A DNA stretch of 64,000 bases from Hormiphora californensis. Lineage: Eukaryota; Animalia; Ctenophora. The stretch is from the NCBI GenBank assembly GCA_020137815.1, contig CM035358.1, positions 7,006,001 to 7,070,000 of the forward strand, given 5' to 3'. A program made the position numbers and the translations under genes. A model generated the notes under the pieces. The model ran no database searches. It was not told where the DNA came from and saw nothing but the letters and a program-made list of their open reading frames with translations. Of the stretch, positions 1-12,848 are shown one piece after another. How positions within the stretch are numbered: the stretch's first letter is position 1; every line of letters starts with the position of its first letter.

Positions 1-419
1 AGGAACAGAATCACCCGCCTCCACTTGCGAAGTGGATTGTGGGACTATTTATCCGAACCCCAGAGTTTGGGGGCTATGATATATATGAACTGTAAACAGA
101 TTGGACATTTTGTGAGAGAGGATTTGTGTTGCGTAGGAACTCTGTTTTTTTGTATATAAAAGTTAAACTACAGTTAAACATTTTAAAAGTTATCATTTGT
201 TTGTTATTCATTTTACTTTTTACAGCCCATGCTAATTTACATGTTTCTCTTCCTTTTAACCCTGTCTGAAACTTCTCCGTTTCTTGAAATTGGAGTTCTA
301 AACACAATTTCTATTAAAAAAGACACCCTGTACCAATAACTGTAACACCCCGTAAAACGAACATTTTACCTCCCCCACTCTGTAAAACAAACCCCCTACT
401 TATCTTTTAGCAAGGCATA

Positions 420-924
420 ATGCAGCCTGTCAAGCTCTTCAGCAAGGGAGTCGTCACTGGATACAGGCGGGGACAGCGAAACCAGGACACTTCCATTTCT
501 CTCGTCAAGATTGAGGGTAATTAATTAATCATCACTAAGAAACTGGCGCCAGTAGTCGAATCTTTTACTGGGCCCACCACTGACTTCGTCCCCAGCTTTT
601 TAAATTTCCCACTTAGTCCCCAGCTTTTAGATTTCTATAAACGTCCTCAGATTTCCCAAATTTCACCTCTTTTCTCCCCCAGGAGTCACCAGCAAGGCCG
701 ATACTGAGTTTTACCTAGGAAAGCGAATCGCCTACGTTTACCGAGGACTCAAGTCCAGGAAGAACAAGATCACAAAGCGAGACACGAAACTCCGAGTTAT
801 CTGGGGCAAGGTCCGACGTGCCCATGGATCAAGCGGAGCTGTCCGAGCCTCCTTCAGGACCAATCTGCCTCCCAAGGCCATCGGTGCTACTGTTCGAGTG
901 ATGTTGTACCCATCCCGAGTGTAG
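420..924 (+). CDS. RPL35A: 60S ribosomal protein L35a (eL33); exons 420-516 and 683-924
   Basis: Spliced translation [54 protein letters not shown]...[44 protein letters not shown] matches L35a motifs; GT at 517, AG at 681-682. Confidence 0.97.
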
Positions 925-2096
925 ACCATTGCTATATCTCTGTTTTTACCCACATCTAAAATCTCCGTGTATATCTTTGACTATATTTCCCGCGTTCTCT
1001 CTCACTTGTGTGCCACTGCTCGGGCACACTTTCCCCACGTGTAGATTCTGTCGTGAACGGAGCGCGCGGTGAAATTGGGCGCGCTGAAAGCCATCCCTCT
1101 GGATATCAGGGCTGATGAATTTTCAGCCGCGCAACCACGTTTTCACCCTACCTCGTGGAGCATGGATATTCTCTGAATATGCACTCAGTACATATTCGAA
1201 TAGCATATGCCGCTATTTTGTCACGTCATACGAATGTTCGTAGTCGCGCTTGAAATGTGAGAGGGAACGCTTTAAAGACAATTTAATGGCAACGGGAAGT
1301 GCCATGTAGGCAAGCAAACCAGGATTCAGGAATCTTTGGGCTTGGAGCCAGCGTCAATTCTGTCGCTGTACTGACAACCGATGCGCCCTGAAGTGTGATC
1401 CCTGTTTCTTTCACCTCCTGATTTCAGAACTCTCGTCCAGAGTGGTTGTCCTGGCGTTCACCCAACTCAACGGCTCCCATGTTTCGGAGCGCGCGCGATT
1501 CCTTCCACATTTTGCGCGAAGTCACTCACTGGGGTGTCTTCGCGCCCTCCGTATCGGTCTAGGAGAGCCTTTTTACTGGGAATGCGAATAAAAAGCTGCC
1601 TCTTATCTCCTAGCAAACCTCTATTTTCCTTCCACATTGATATGAATCAAACAACAATTAACTGTTAAAACATTAATACAGACCTTCATTAATAACTTAC
1701 AATTATTGTATTAACACATGTACAATCAATCTCCGGAAAAAACTTCCCAATCTCTTTCTGCATTAAATTCATACGACAAATTATCTCTCCATACTTGTAC
1801 ACGCAAATCTCTCTCGTCAGAAACTCGTCATTAGCTCGATACACATATTAACCGGCTGATAAATATCACTAATCGATCATCTCGTATAACAACTAGCAAT
1901 TACACCCTAGCAATAGTACTCGACTCTGTCTATCATTGTAATGCGGGCAGTTCTGAGAGAGCTGAGTGGATCCTGAATAGCAGTCGATTTTCCAGGGAGT
2001 AACTCTTGACTTTATTAGAGAAATCTTTGGCGTAACTGGGGGAATGGGAGAGTGTAAGATGGGTCCAGGAGAAAGGATTGAATTCTTCATATAGAT

Positions 2097-5000
2097 TCAA
2101 TGCGGTCTATAGATCATGTATTGTAAGCTATGAAATGTTTTGTTGTATACACCTATAGAACTGAACTAAACAAAGAATAATAACTTAACTAAATAATTGA
2201 CAATTGTAAAACTTACTTAAGATGTGCTCTGGCTTGGGAGAAGTCTAACAACTTGATATACAAACACCCCAATTCATAGTGTGCATAGGGGATGTAAAAG
2301 TGGTCCAGCTGAAAGACAAACAAAGGGTTAGGGGGAAGAAGGGTTAGGGATGAGGGAGTATAATCTCTACTCCGAGTACACATGTATGTTTGTAACTCTT
2401 CCACTTCCGGTCCACTTTACAATTTACATAGCATGTGTATAGGGAGAGATCAGAGAGACAAGTGACAATTATACCTAGTACCTACCAACTATTAATATTG
2501 TACACTACTTTGTACACCACTTACATCCCCCCTCACCCCGACAGTTACTAACCCCTATTTCACCCCTAACCCCGACAATTACTAACCCAGATTTGATCCC
2601 CCCTCACCCCAACAAAATTACTAACCCCAATTTCACCCCTAACCTCGAAGTTACTAACCCCTATTTGACCCCCTAACCCCGTTGGTAATGCAATTCCCCC
2701 TCTGCGCTAGCTCACTTATTATATGCAATAATAGGGGTGACTTCGTAACCAACTAACCCCGACAGTTACTAACCAAGATTTGATTCCCTACCCCCGACAA
2801 TTACTAACCCCCGATTTGATCCCCTACCCCCGACAATTACTAACCCCGATTTGATCCTCTGTCTGCAGGGCGGTTCTCAGTAGACTGAGCGCATGAGTTG
2901 TGTTCCCTAACTCGATACTTATAACTGCCAGAAGTAGGTGACACAGAAAAGCATCGTCTGCCGGGTAATCAGTGTGGTAGGGCTGGACGTTCTGACACTC
3001 TTCCAGTGCTTCCTCTGATGGAGAGAGAGTTTTAGTTATCTCACAAAATACAGTGCAGCATTCTCGAACCTTGTTTTGTTCAAACTCTTTTTATTGTTCC
3101 CCGGGGCACGGGGAACAATAGGCAACTCGAACCATAATAATAATTCCATATTACACCCCCAAATTCCTGATTTATAAACCTCACATCTTTACCAATATAA
3201 GATCAATTGATTGATACCAATTGATTGACTTACCAATAAGAGGTATGACAGAGTTCAGTGACTCCTCACTCATCAGAGGTAGGAACCTCCACACATACAG
3301 CAGCTCAATGGCGGGGAGACACAGGAACTTCTCATTTTGTAGGAAACTTCGTGCTCTCCGGATTGCAAACTTTTCAATGTGCAGGTGCTTCCCACCTGTG
3401 GGAATGATGACGTGAATGATGATGTCATTGTGCAGTGACGTCATAGAATGTGGGAATGATGACGCCATAAGTATTTGAAAGCACTGTCAAGTCATTATGA
3501 CGTCATAAGTATTTGAAAGCACTGTCAAGTCATTATGACGTCATAAGTATTTGAAAGCACTGTCAAGTCATTGTGACGTCATAAGTATTTGAAAGCACTG
3601 TCAAGTCATTGTGATGTCATAAGTATTTGAAAGCACTGTCAAGTCATTATGACGTCATAAGTATTTGAACGCACTGTCAAGTCATTGTGACGTCATAAGT
3701 ATTTGAAAGCACTGTCAAGTCATTGTGACGTCATAAGTATTTGAAAGCACTGTCAAGTCATTGTGACGTCATAAGTATTTGAAAGCACTGTCAAGTCATT
3801 GTGACGTCATAAGTATTTGAAAGCACTGTCAAGTCATTGTGACGTCATAAGTATTTGAAAACACTGTCAAGTCATTGTGACGTCATAAGTATTCAGAAAC
3901 ACCGCTTTCAGGTCAATGCTCTGACATTGGAAACACGTGAAAAAATGTGGAGTTTTGTAGAGATCACATGTCATTGCATTTTCAGTTGTATACCACGATG
4001 TGTATTATGGTAGTGGTTAGCTAGCACAACCCGTGTACTGGCAAGGGCATTTGTGGATCGTTTTCTGTAATCCATCCTATAAATATTAATCCTATAGTTG
4101 CCGTATAATGCAGGTGAGCACTCTTTTGACAGGTTTAAAAATGTGAAAGGTGAGCACTACTATTTCTAGATTCTTGATCAAATTCTATCACACAAAACAT
4201 ATGGAACACCTTGTTACCAGCTACAGATCACAGATGTTCACTGACCTATTATATATGTTTGGTAAGGGATTCTGGTGACTCAACAGATACAGAGTGATCT
4301 GGAGCCTTAAACAAAACTGACCTATTTTCAGCTGATGCTTGGGTACTTCAGTAGCTATTTTCTCCAGTTCCTCTGACTCTCTATCGGCAGTGAACTGGAA
4401 GGCAAGGTGTAGGTAGGAGAAGAGGGTTCTGGACCACCGGCTCTCGGTAAATAGTTGTCTGGCAAAGGATGCTGCTTGGTCCCATTGTAGTAGAATGGCG
4501 TGACACCACATTTTCTCCCAGTAACAGAGGTGGTAAAACTGAGGGTGGGGGGGGGGGGTTTGGCAAGACTGGATTAAATATTAGTTTATCATATATATCA
4601 GACGACAGACGACAGACGCTAACAAAGCCAAGGGTAATTAAATGTAAAGGGAGGTTTATAACATAACGAGCCAAGGGGCTCCATCCTGTTCTCAAGTGAT
4701 TGGGGTATTAGCAGTTTGGGCGTCACCACACCGCTCTAAAAGCTTGGACGAACGTCGGTTAAGTACCAACCAACCAACTGGAAATATTTTACATCGATCG
4801 GAGATGAGACTTTATTGATTATGATGATCATTGCCGCGCCTGGGGGAATGAGAACGACTATTAACATGGTGATAAATCATTACCTGTGCCCAATCTATTC
4901 CTGATTGTTCACACTTTTCAAATAACTCCAAGGCCTCCTCAACGTTCCCCGATATTATAGCTCGCCTTCCTGTCGAAATATATTGTTAATTCAGTGAATG

Positions 5001-8000
5001 TAGATTAATATATAGCTAGCCTTTCTGAGAAAATATATTAATTCACTGCAGTGAGCCAATGCCCAATATTTTGGGAGCAAGATACCACTCCCCCTTCATA
5101 ATGATACCCCTCTGAGGCACCCCCACCACCCCGACACAAGTGGTACACGAAGAAGCCAAGTTAACCCGACCCCGGTCAAAACCAAAGTCCCGATACCACC
5201 CCACTTGCACCCCACTCCACTTCCCGGCCCGGTATATTTACCACTGAAGAAATCAAACATCATACTGTCAGGATATCGGGCGGACCACTTAGAGAGAAGA
5301 GCGTCAACAAGCTCACCATCGTAAGCAGCACTCTTGGTGTATTGTAGTAGCACAGTGTTGTAGTTCTGATGGGGGGAGTTATTGGTGACGTCATTATGAC
5401 GTCAATTTGACGTCATAACAGTAGTTCGGTGATAGTGGTGTGAGTCGTGAATATATCAATACTAGCGCACCCATTGGGTGCGCCTCAAGTAAGGGCTTTT
5501 TGATAACCCACCCGGCTTCGCCGGGTGGTTCTTTTCGCCCCTTTCCACGTCAATAACACGGTTGCCATGGCAACTGAATTGATAGCTATCGGGACTGGCA
5601 TGTTGAAAGTCATTCGAAAATATTAACAAACTTCCACTGGAAGTTCCAAAAGTGTGAATGACAGCTTTACAGCTTTGGGTACATGAAATGTTTTATGAAG
5701 GAGCAGTCTGTCGCTTAGATACCGCCTAACGAACGGCCACTTCGACGCGACATCTCCAAATTATAATAGAGACTAGCGCACCCATTGGGTGCGCCTCAAG
5801 TAAGGCCTTTTGATAACCCACCCGGCTTCGCCGGTTGGTTCTTTTCGCTACTTTCAACGTCAACACGGTTGCCATGACAACTGAATTGGTAACTATAGGG
5901 ACTTGTATGTTAAAAGTCATTCGAAAGTATTAAGAAACTTCCACTGGAAGTTCCAAAAGTGTGAGCAACAGCTTTACAGCTTTGGTCATATGAAGTGTTT
6001 TATGAAGGAGCAGACTGTCGCTTAGATACCGCCTAACGAACGACCACCACTTCGACGTCGTTCATCTCCAAATTATAATATAGATACTCAGCTGTACGGA
6101 GTTTCCAGATAGCAACTCAGATAATCAGTGTGATTTCTACATGCACTCTCAGCATCTACTCACGGTCTCACTCTCTGTTTCTCTGTGGGCATCTCTCTCT
6201 CTCTCTCTGTCACTCTCCCTCTACCTACCTCTTTCTCTATCTTTCTCTCTCACTCTACTACTACTCAGTACGCAGTAAAGTCAGATTACACTCATCAGTA
6301 GGCATAGATGTCAGATAAACGACCTCTCTCTATCTACCTATCAGGAAGCGACCGAATATTCGGTTCGGTTCGGTTCGGTTCGGAAATTCGGTGTTTTTTG
6401 GGCGGTTCGGTTCGGTTCGGTTCGGTAGGAAATTTTGGCCGAACCACCGAATTTTTTGGTCAAATAATGCCCAGAAATCGGGCTTTTTCATGCAAAATTT
6501 TTCAATTATTTCACGAAAATTGTATGGATTTCAATGTCAATTTCGCCGTATTAACCCTATTATTAACCTATTTCGAATCGGTGGTGCTATGTGGAAATGA
6601 TTTCGCTAGTTAGCGGGTTCGATATGGATTGATTTGATACCTGACTTCCCGTCGAATCGTGTCCTCATGAGAGGGTTAACAAATTCAGAAACTTTTTTTT
6701 TCAAAAAATTCATGGAGAGCACCGATCAAGGTGTTAAGAATCATTCTCTGAAATTTTGTAAAAAAGTTTGGAAAATATTTCAAAGTCAATTTTATGGAAA
6801 ATTTTCTACGTCAATTTTTGCGTACGAATCGTGTTTCGAATCGGTATTGCTAAGCGGGAGTGATGTTGCTAATTAGTGGGTCCGAGATGGATTATGCTGA
6901 TACGTGATCCCCCATCAAATCTAATTAGGAAGTTTAGGGGAAACGATTCATGTTTCAATAAATCATGGTAATTAGCGAGAGCACTGCCGCATGGCGCATA
7001 GCATCACCGATTCGCAACACGATTCGTACGGCAAAATTGACATAGAATTTTTTTTCCGAAATTGACTTTGAAATATTTTACAAAGTTTTTTCACAAAATT
7101 AAATGTTTCTCTAAAAATTCATGGAGAGCATCGATCAGGGTATTGAGAATCATTACCTGAAATTTTGTGAAATTTTTTTTGTGAAAAATATTTTAAGTAA
7201 ATTATGGTATACGAATCGTGTTTCTAATCGACAATGCTAAACGGGAGTGATGTTGGTAATTAGTGGGTCCGAGATGGATTGTGCTGATACGTGATCCACC
7301 ATCAAATCTAATTAGGAAATTTAGAGAGACACGATTCATGGTTCGTTTAATCCTGCTAATTAGCAATACCATTCCCGTATAGCATTGCCGATTCGAAACA
7401 CGATTCGTACGCAAAAATTGACATAGAAAATTTACGATAAAATTGACTTTGAAAATTTTTTCACAAAATTGACTCTGAAATTTTTTCAAACATTTTTTAA
7501 CAAAATTTCAGAGAATGATTCTCAATACCTTGATCGGTGCTCTCCATGACTTTTTAGAGAAACATTTACACAGAAAAAGTTTTGTATGGTTCGGTTCGGT
7601 TCGGTTACCGAAATTCGGTTCGGTTCGGTTCGGTTCGGTAAAAAAGTTTTTCAAATTCGGTTCGGTTCGGTTCGGTGGAAAAAAACCCGGTTCGGTCGTT
7701 TCCTGCTACCTATCTATCTCTCTTACTCCATCCATCTCTCATCTTCTCATCGTATCTACTCAGTACACACGACTCACCAGTATCCCGTTGGCACATATAA
7801 ACGACCTCTCTATCTCGTACTCTCTCTACTCACCAGTATCCCGTTGGCACAAATGAACGACCTCAACACATCCATCTCCTCTGCTTCACGGATCAGTCTC
7901 ATCCCAATCTCCTTCTCCCCTTTTAACCCCACAAACTCCAACAATCCCAATATTTTAGGGGGCAGAAGGGAGAGACCGAGGGAGAACGCTCCCCAGCCCA

Positions 8001-9188
8001 TTTTAATTCCACCGGTTAGTTCACGATCAAAAAGGGAGCTATCGCTGTCGACCCCATCAACTGTTTCTGAGGTTCGTTGGGTTTCATTCAGATCCAGTAC
8101 CGAGTACATCTCCTTGTAAAGGCTGATGGGAGGGATAGAGAGAGATGGAGGGGAGAGAGAGGGATATGGGGGGAACATGTGGTCATCATGGACAGATCAA
8201 GGTGAACTGTAATAAATCTGACAGTTTTACACAAGTATTACGTAGTGGTAAAGATAGTAGTACTGTAGAGTGGTACTATAGAGTATTAATATAAGGGCAA
8301 AGGGGTGTCACTCTCTTACCTGTGACAGGTTTTAATTTTCAGGGCACCCTTAACGAAGCTCACCAGATTATCAGCGTCCTCTGCAAATGTCAGAACTGCC
8401 CTTACCAGGAGCAGTTCAGCGTACATCTGAGAGAGATGGGGGATTGGAGTTATTAGGGGGTAGTTACATCTGAGAGGGGGGAGGGGGTTGTTAGCTTAGG
8501 GGGGGGGGGGGCAAAAGGGTGATTGGAGTTATTAGGAAGTACTTGAACACAAGATCGTCACACGCAATGTGTTTTAAAAGTTGGGACGGGACATTTCCGA
8601 GGCTCCTCTTAAAAAATTAACTATAGGAACTTGCTACATGTGAAAAAGTGAGCTTCTGCTTACAAGTTCTGCATGTTTTTCGACTTCAGAGAATGTTGAG
8701 AAATCCCTGTTTTTAACGTAGCTCAACAAATAGCTAAACATTCCATCCTTATGACGTAGTCCCTGAATAAACTGAAAATATGTATGATGTTAGAAGATCA
8801 TGGCGGGGTTTTCTTTTCATATTCTTCTTTAATTTTAAAAAGGTCACTTGAGATAGTTGACTTGGCGAGTAAGTATCGAACCCTTGCAGAGCACGCACAC
8901 TGTCATTTTATGAAGTAAAACGCAGTGTGAGCCACACAAGGTAAACATACAATGATAACGGACCTGTAAGGATGCGTCTAGGTCCAGTATAGTTTGGTTG
9001 ATATTCTTCCTATCAAAAGTCATGATAGATTGAATGAAGCCAATATTACAGTAGGCCATTGCTCCATACATATCTGTCTGCCATGTATCTTTTACCACGT
9101 CCTTAGCTTCCTCAAGTCGGTTTCTCAGTAGTTTGTCCCTTGACCGGGCACACAGCTCCATACCTTTTATCATATCTTCGTAATCCAT
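2097..9188 (-). CDS. TTC39: Tetratricopeptide repeat protein 39 (TTC39/IML2 family), about 12 exons; internal boundaries and last exon approximate
   Basis: Exon peptides YGAMAYCNIGFIQSIMTFDRKNI (8963-9188), GGIKMGWGAFSLGLSLLPPKILGLLEFVGLKGEKEIGMRL (~7853-8100), YPDSMMFDFFSG, MWCHAILLQWDQAASFARQLFTESRWSRTLFSYL, GGKHLHIEKFAIRRAR...LPAIELLYVW and DHFYIPYAHYELGCLY follow TTC39 motif order. Confidence 0.9.
2520..2856. repeat. Degenerate ~30-bp intronic tandem repeat (ccccgacaattactaaccccgatttgat)
   Basis: Repeated units visible directly inside a TTC39 intron. Confidence 0.8.
3461..3893. repeat. 38-bp minisatellite, about 11 copies (gacgtcataagtatttgaaagcactgtcaagtcattgt)
   Basis: Near-perfect units at 38-bp spacing (e.g. 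3499, 3537); most copies contain TGACGTCA; no unique spacers. Confidence 0.97.
5462..6084 (-). mobile_element. Head-to-tail dimer of a ~310-bp non-autonomous Helitron
   Basis: On the minus strand each unit starts TC(TA/TC)TATTATAAT and ends with hairpin cgcacccaatgggtgcg followed by CTAG. Inserted between A and T with no TSD; CTAG|TC junction at 5772/5773. Confidence 0.85.
6342..7705. mobile_element. Non-autonomous hAT-type DNA transposon, 1.36 kb
   Basis: TIRs CAGGAAGCGACCGAA / TTCGGTCGTTTCCTG; 8-bp TSD CTACCTAT (6334-6341, 7706-7713); subterminal (TTCGG)n arrays and internal inverted segments. Confidence 0.9.
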
Positions 9189-10057
9189 GGCTATTACTTT
9201 TTAAAGAGTGTTAAAATACTGGATAAATCGAAAACTGCAACTCTGGCTGAGGTTCAAACTTCAATATTGGCAAACGGCAGCGCGGGATAAGGCAGCGCTT
9301 TTCAAACTTCAATAAATCCGACTTTAATGGCACCCAAGAAAAGTCTTGAACATTTTTAACGACTAGAAGCGGTAAGGGAACATTTATGAGTATCCGAAAC
9401 GGGTTAATACGTAAAAAAAGTCTAAAAAGTCTGGAAACAGGAAACCGGAAAGTCCGTTGGCCTATGCTACAGGCCCTAGAAGCCGTGGAAAACGCGCGCA
9501 CTTGGGGTCTGCAGCGCATGCCAAGAAAGTCCGTTTCTGAAAAAGAAAAAAACGCGACGTGTGTGTGATGAAATTTGAAATTTAAAAAGCACGGCCCGGG
9601 CTGCGCGCGCATCAGCAGCAAGCAGCGTTAAAGTTCAAAAAGTTCGCCGAGTACAACCATACACCATGCTGGACCGGCGTAACGTCTTGTCCGCGCGTTC
9701 AAAAACCAAAATCTGTCTGAATTTTGAAAAAATGAAAGTTTGTTTCATCTTTCCAGTTTCCGGCGTTTTGAAAGTGTCTTGTCATGCCTATGACAGCTTA
9801 CTGGATCTTTTCCGACCATTTCACTGCACAATATCTGGCCATCCACTGCTTTTTATTCAAATTTGGAGAAAACGGGCCACGGAGCCCCATCCCCGAGCCT
9901 CCACTGGTCCATGCGAGCTTTTTAAAACACTGCTGTATCCCTTCTATTCTGTTGTACAGTTGGCAAGATACCTAAAACTTTTCGTATATCGTCTTATTTT
10001 GATTTATCATTAATTTTCAGCATTTTTTCAGAATTTTTGTCGGCTAGAAAAAAATTA

Positions 10058-10460
10058 GAAATAGGGGGTCTACCGATATTGTCAGCACTGGACACTGGTT
10101 TTACTCAGTAAAATCAGTGCTGACAATCAGGGGCGGCTCTGCCATGCGGACGATGCGGACGCGTCCGCATTTTTACTTTGGATCACGGAGAGAGAAGAAA
10201 AAGTTCAAGGAAAAGGGTCAATTTTTCTCAAAATTTGATGTTTCAAATGAGATTTTTAGTGAAATCCGCGCGCCACACAGGGTTTTTGCCGTCGCAGTAT
10301 TTTTTGATCGGCGCGCTACGTCAAAATAGCCAATGCGGACCATCCGCATTGGGGATTTCGACGGAACGCGCGAGTTTAAAATGTTTCGGCCGCATTTTGA
10401 CCAGAGCGATTGAAAGCCGCGCACCGCCCCTGCTGACAATATCGGTAGACCCCCTATTTC
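10058..10460. mobile_element. Short palindromic MITE (gaaatagggggtctaccgatattgtcagcactg...) interrupted by a nested element
   Basis: Matching inverted ends at 10058-10090 and 10433-10460. Confidence 0.75.
10128..10432. mobile_element. hAT-type MITE nested in the previous element
   Basis: TIRs CAGGGGCGG / CCGCCCCTG; 8-bp TSD CTGACAAT (10120-10127, 10433-10440). Confidence 0.88.
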
Positions 10461-10754
10461 GAATTTAATTACTGGGCACACTCACTGCGTCACGCAAATT
10501 GAAATTCACGTTTCCGGTTCCTCAAAAGATAGCTACTTGATCTTGGTTGCGTTGGATTGGTCTCAATAAGACCTTTCCAACGCTACCAAAACGGTTTCTG
10601 TATCTCATCAGGAACCGGAGATATTACGGTATCAATTTTTAAATTAAGTTCAGATTTTGCAGTTTCAAGTTTTAAGTTTATAATATGTTATGTTTTCACT
10701 GTTACAAGAAGATTCGTCCCGTTGAATTAATAAGCTTGGGAACTTTAAATATAT

Positions 10755-11410
10755 ATATACCCTGCTAACTTAAATAATGCGCCAGTCCCACTAGCGCGCT
10801 CTCGATAACCAGCCAGTCCAGCGGCAGATTATTTCCCACTGGCAGGTTATTTATTTTTAACTCCTATGTTACATTCAAAGTGTGTGTAAATGATCAGTTC
10901 TTACTGAAATACAGAGGGAACACTGTTTGGAAGAGTTACACACTAAATTGGAGAGAAAGAAACAACACATTCCGTCAATTACTCTCTCTTTATCTCCCCT
11001 TTTGTTTCACTATCTCAATTCCTCTGTGTTATGTCTGGCATGCCCCATATCTTGTTATTTCTTTCTCTCTCTCCTTAGTAACTGTTACCAAACAATGTAC
11101 ACTCAATTGAGAGATGTTTTTGGCTGTTTCTCAGTTCTCTTTGTGTGTTTTGATTAGTGTTCTCTCTCTTGTTAGTGTGTAATACTTGTAACAAACAACT
11201 AAAGCAGGGTATATAACCTATAAACTCTTGCCACAGACGCGTTATAGGTTTAAACCCCTCCGCCTCTCCCTCGGCTACGCCTCGGGATCGTCGTCGTGAT
11301 TTAAACCAGTTTATCCGCCAGTGGCGGATAAACTACAGCTACCTTCTCCCAGCGGTGCGCTGGGAGAAAGGTATCTGAAATAACGCGCCACTGGCAAGAG
11401 TTTATACCTC
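10755..11410 (+). mobile_element. ~650-bp interspersed repeat with a double-foldback structure; second copy at 38391-39066
   Basis: High similarity to the reverse complement of 38391-39066; internal inverted pairs tatataccctgct/agcagggtatata and taaactcttgcca/tggcaagagttta. Confidence 0.8.
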
Positions 11411-11465
11411 ATCTAACCCTCCATTTTTTATATAGGAGCACCACACGTTCATGTTGTGGCGATAG

Positions 11466-12848
11466 ATGCCTGGAGTAGAGCTTGAATACGTCGAGTCAGA
11501 GTCAGAAAATGAGGAGATATTCTATGATGTGGAGAACTACATCCTCCACCGGACTGTCTATAACAACAATGTTACCGCCCTGATAGACTTATTAAAACAG
11601 AGCGAGTATAACCTCGCTGAGAAGGATGTCCATGGCAACACCCCCCTTCATCTCTCAATAATGTTAGGTCACCACGAGTGCACTAAACTACTCCTCACCT
11701 ACGATGCCCCTGTGGCTATTAAAAACTCTGTGGGCTGGAACTGTCTCGCTGAATCAATCAGTTACGGAGACAGGGAGATCATTTGTATGTGTCTTAAAAA
11801 ACTGAAAAAGCAGAGCAGAGTTAAAATCGAGGAAAAGCAACCGGAGCTGACGAATGCTCTTGCCGATATTCCTGATTTTTATGTCGAGATAAAGTGGGAT
11901 TTCCACAGTTGGATCCCACTAATTTCCCGTTTTCTCCCCTCGGACACCTGCAAGCTGTACAAACGAAACTCGGATGTTCGTATTGACAGCACCTTACTTG
12001 ATTTTCACGACATGCGATGGCAAAGAGGGGATCTCAGCTTTATTTTCCATGGCAGTGGCAACTCAACAAAACGTGAAATGTATGTCCTGGATAACCGGAA
12101 ACGAAAGTACAGTCACATCAGCGCAGTTGAGACAGATAAAGATATCGAGGAAGAGGTTGATATCCTGATGAGCTCCGATATCGTATCTGCTAATGTGAGC
12201 ACTAAACCAATCACTTTCACTCGGCAACAAAATGGTTGGGTGTACAAAGAGGATAAATGTGAGGACATAGGAGACTTTAATACCCAGGTTTACAGCGTCA
12301 ATGGTATGGTGTTAAACTCCCGAAAGAGGAGGGAGCATCTTTCTAAGGAGGATGTTCAGAAGAACAAGGCTGCGTTGGAAAGTATCAGTAAGGGGTCTGT
12401 CCAATGGCTCCAACAACAGGACGAACTACCCCGGGGTCGGCGGTCTTTGATTCCCCCCAAGAAACCAGAGATGACCTGGGATGAATATATAACATCACCG
12501 CCCGATGCAGAGGGAAAAGGGAAACATTTGGGGAGACCAATCACCCTGAAACAAGACCGGAAACCCCTGAAAGCAAATATTTGGATGACGGAGGAGTTTC
12601 CAGTTAAAGTTGAGATACTCCTCAGTATTCTTGAGGTTATGGCACCCTTTAAACACTTTAGTAAATTGAAGGACTTTATTAACATGAAGATCCCACCTGG
12701 GTTCCCTGTTAAGGTCGAGGTTCCCGTTCTACCGACCATCTCCGCGACAGTCACCTTTCAGTCTTATCGGGAGTCGCAACACGAAGCTGGACTCTTTGAG
12801 ATCCCTAGTAACTATTTCGAGGACGCTGCCCATTTTAGTAAAATGTAA
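11466..12848 (+). CDS. ANKRD13: Ankyrin repeat domain protein 13 (ANKRD13C-like, no UIMs), single coding exon, 460 aa
   Basis: N-terminal ankyrin repeats (DVHGNTPLHLSIMLGH), DFYVEIKWDFHSWIPLISRFLPSDTCKLYK and PPGFPVKVEVPVLPTISATVTF, typical of the ANKRD13 GPCR-chaperone domain. Confidence 0.95.
   Translation: MPGVELEYVESESENEEIFYDVENYILHRTVYNNNVTALIDLLKQSEYNLAEKDVHGNTPLHLSIMLGHHECTKLLLTYDAPVAIKNSVGWNCLAESISYGDREIICMCLKKLKKQSRVKIEEKQPELTNALADIPDFYVEIKWDFHSWIPLISRFLPSDTCKLYKRNSDVRIDSTLLDFHDMRWQRGDLSFIFHGSGNSTKREMYVLDNRKRKYSHISAVETDKDIEEEVDILMSSDIVSANVSTKPITFTRQQNGWVYKEDKCEDIGDFNTQVYSVNGMVLNSRKRREHLSKEDVQKNKAALESISKGSVQWLQQQDELPRGRRSLIPPKKPEMTWDEYITSPPDAEGKGKHLGRPITLKQDRKPLKANIWMTEEFPVKVEILLSILEVMAPFKHFSKLKDFINMKIPPGFPVKVEVPVLPTISATVTFQSYRESQHEAGLFEIPSNYFEDAAHFSKM

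Noticed and set aside
3461-3893. CRISPR-like regular repeat
   Set aside because: Units are contiguous with no unique spacers, the context is a eukaryotic intron, and there are no cas genes.
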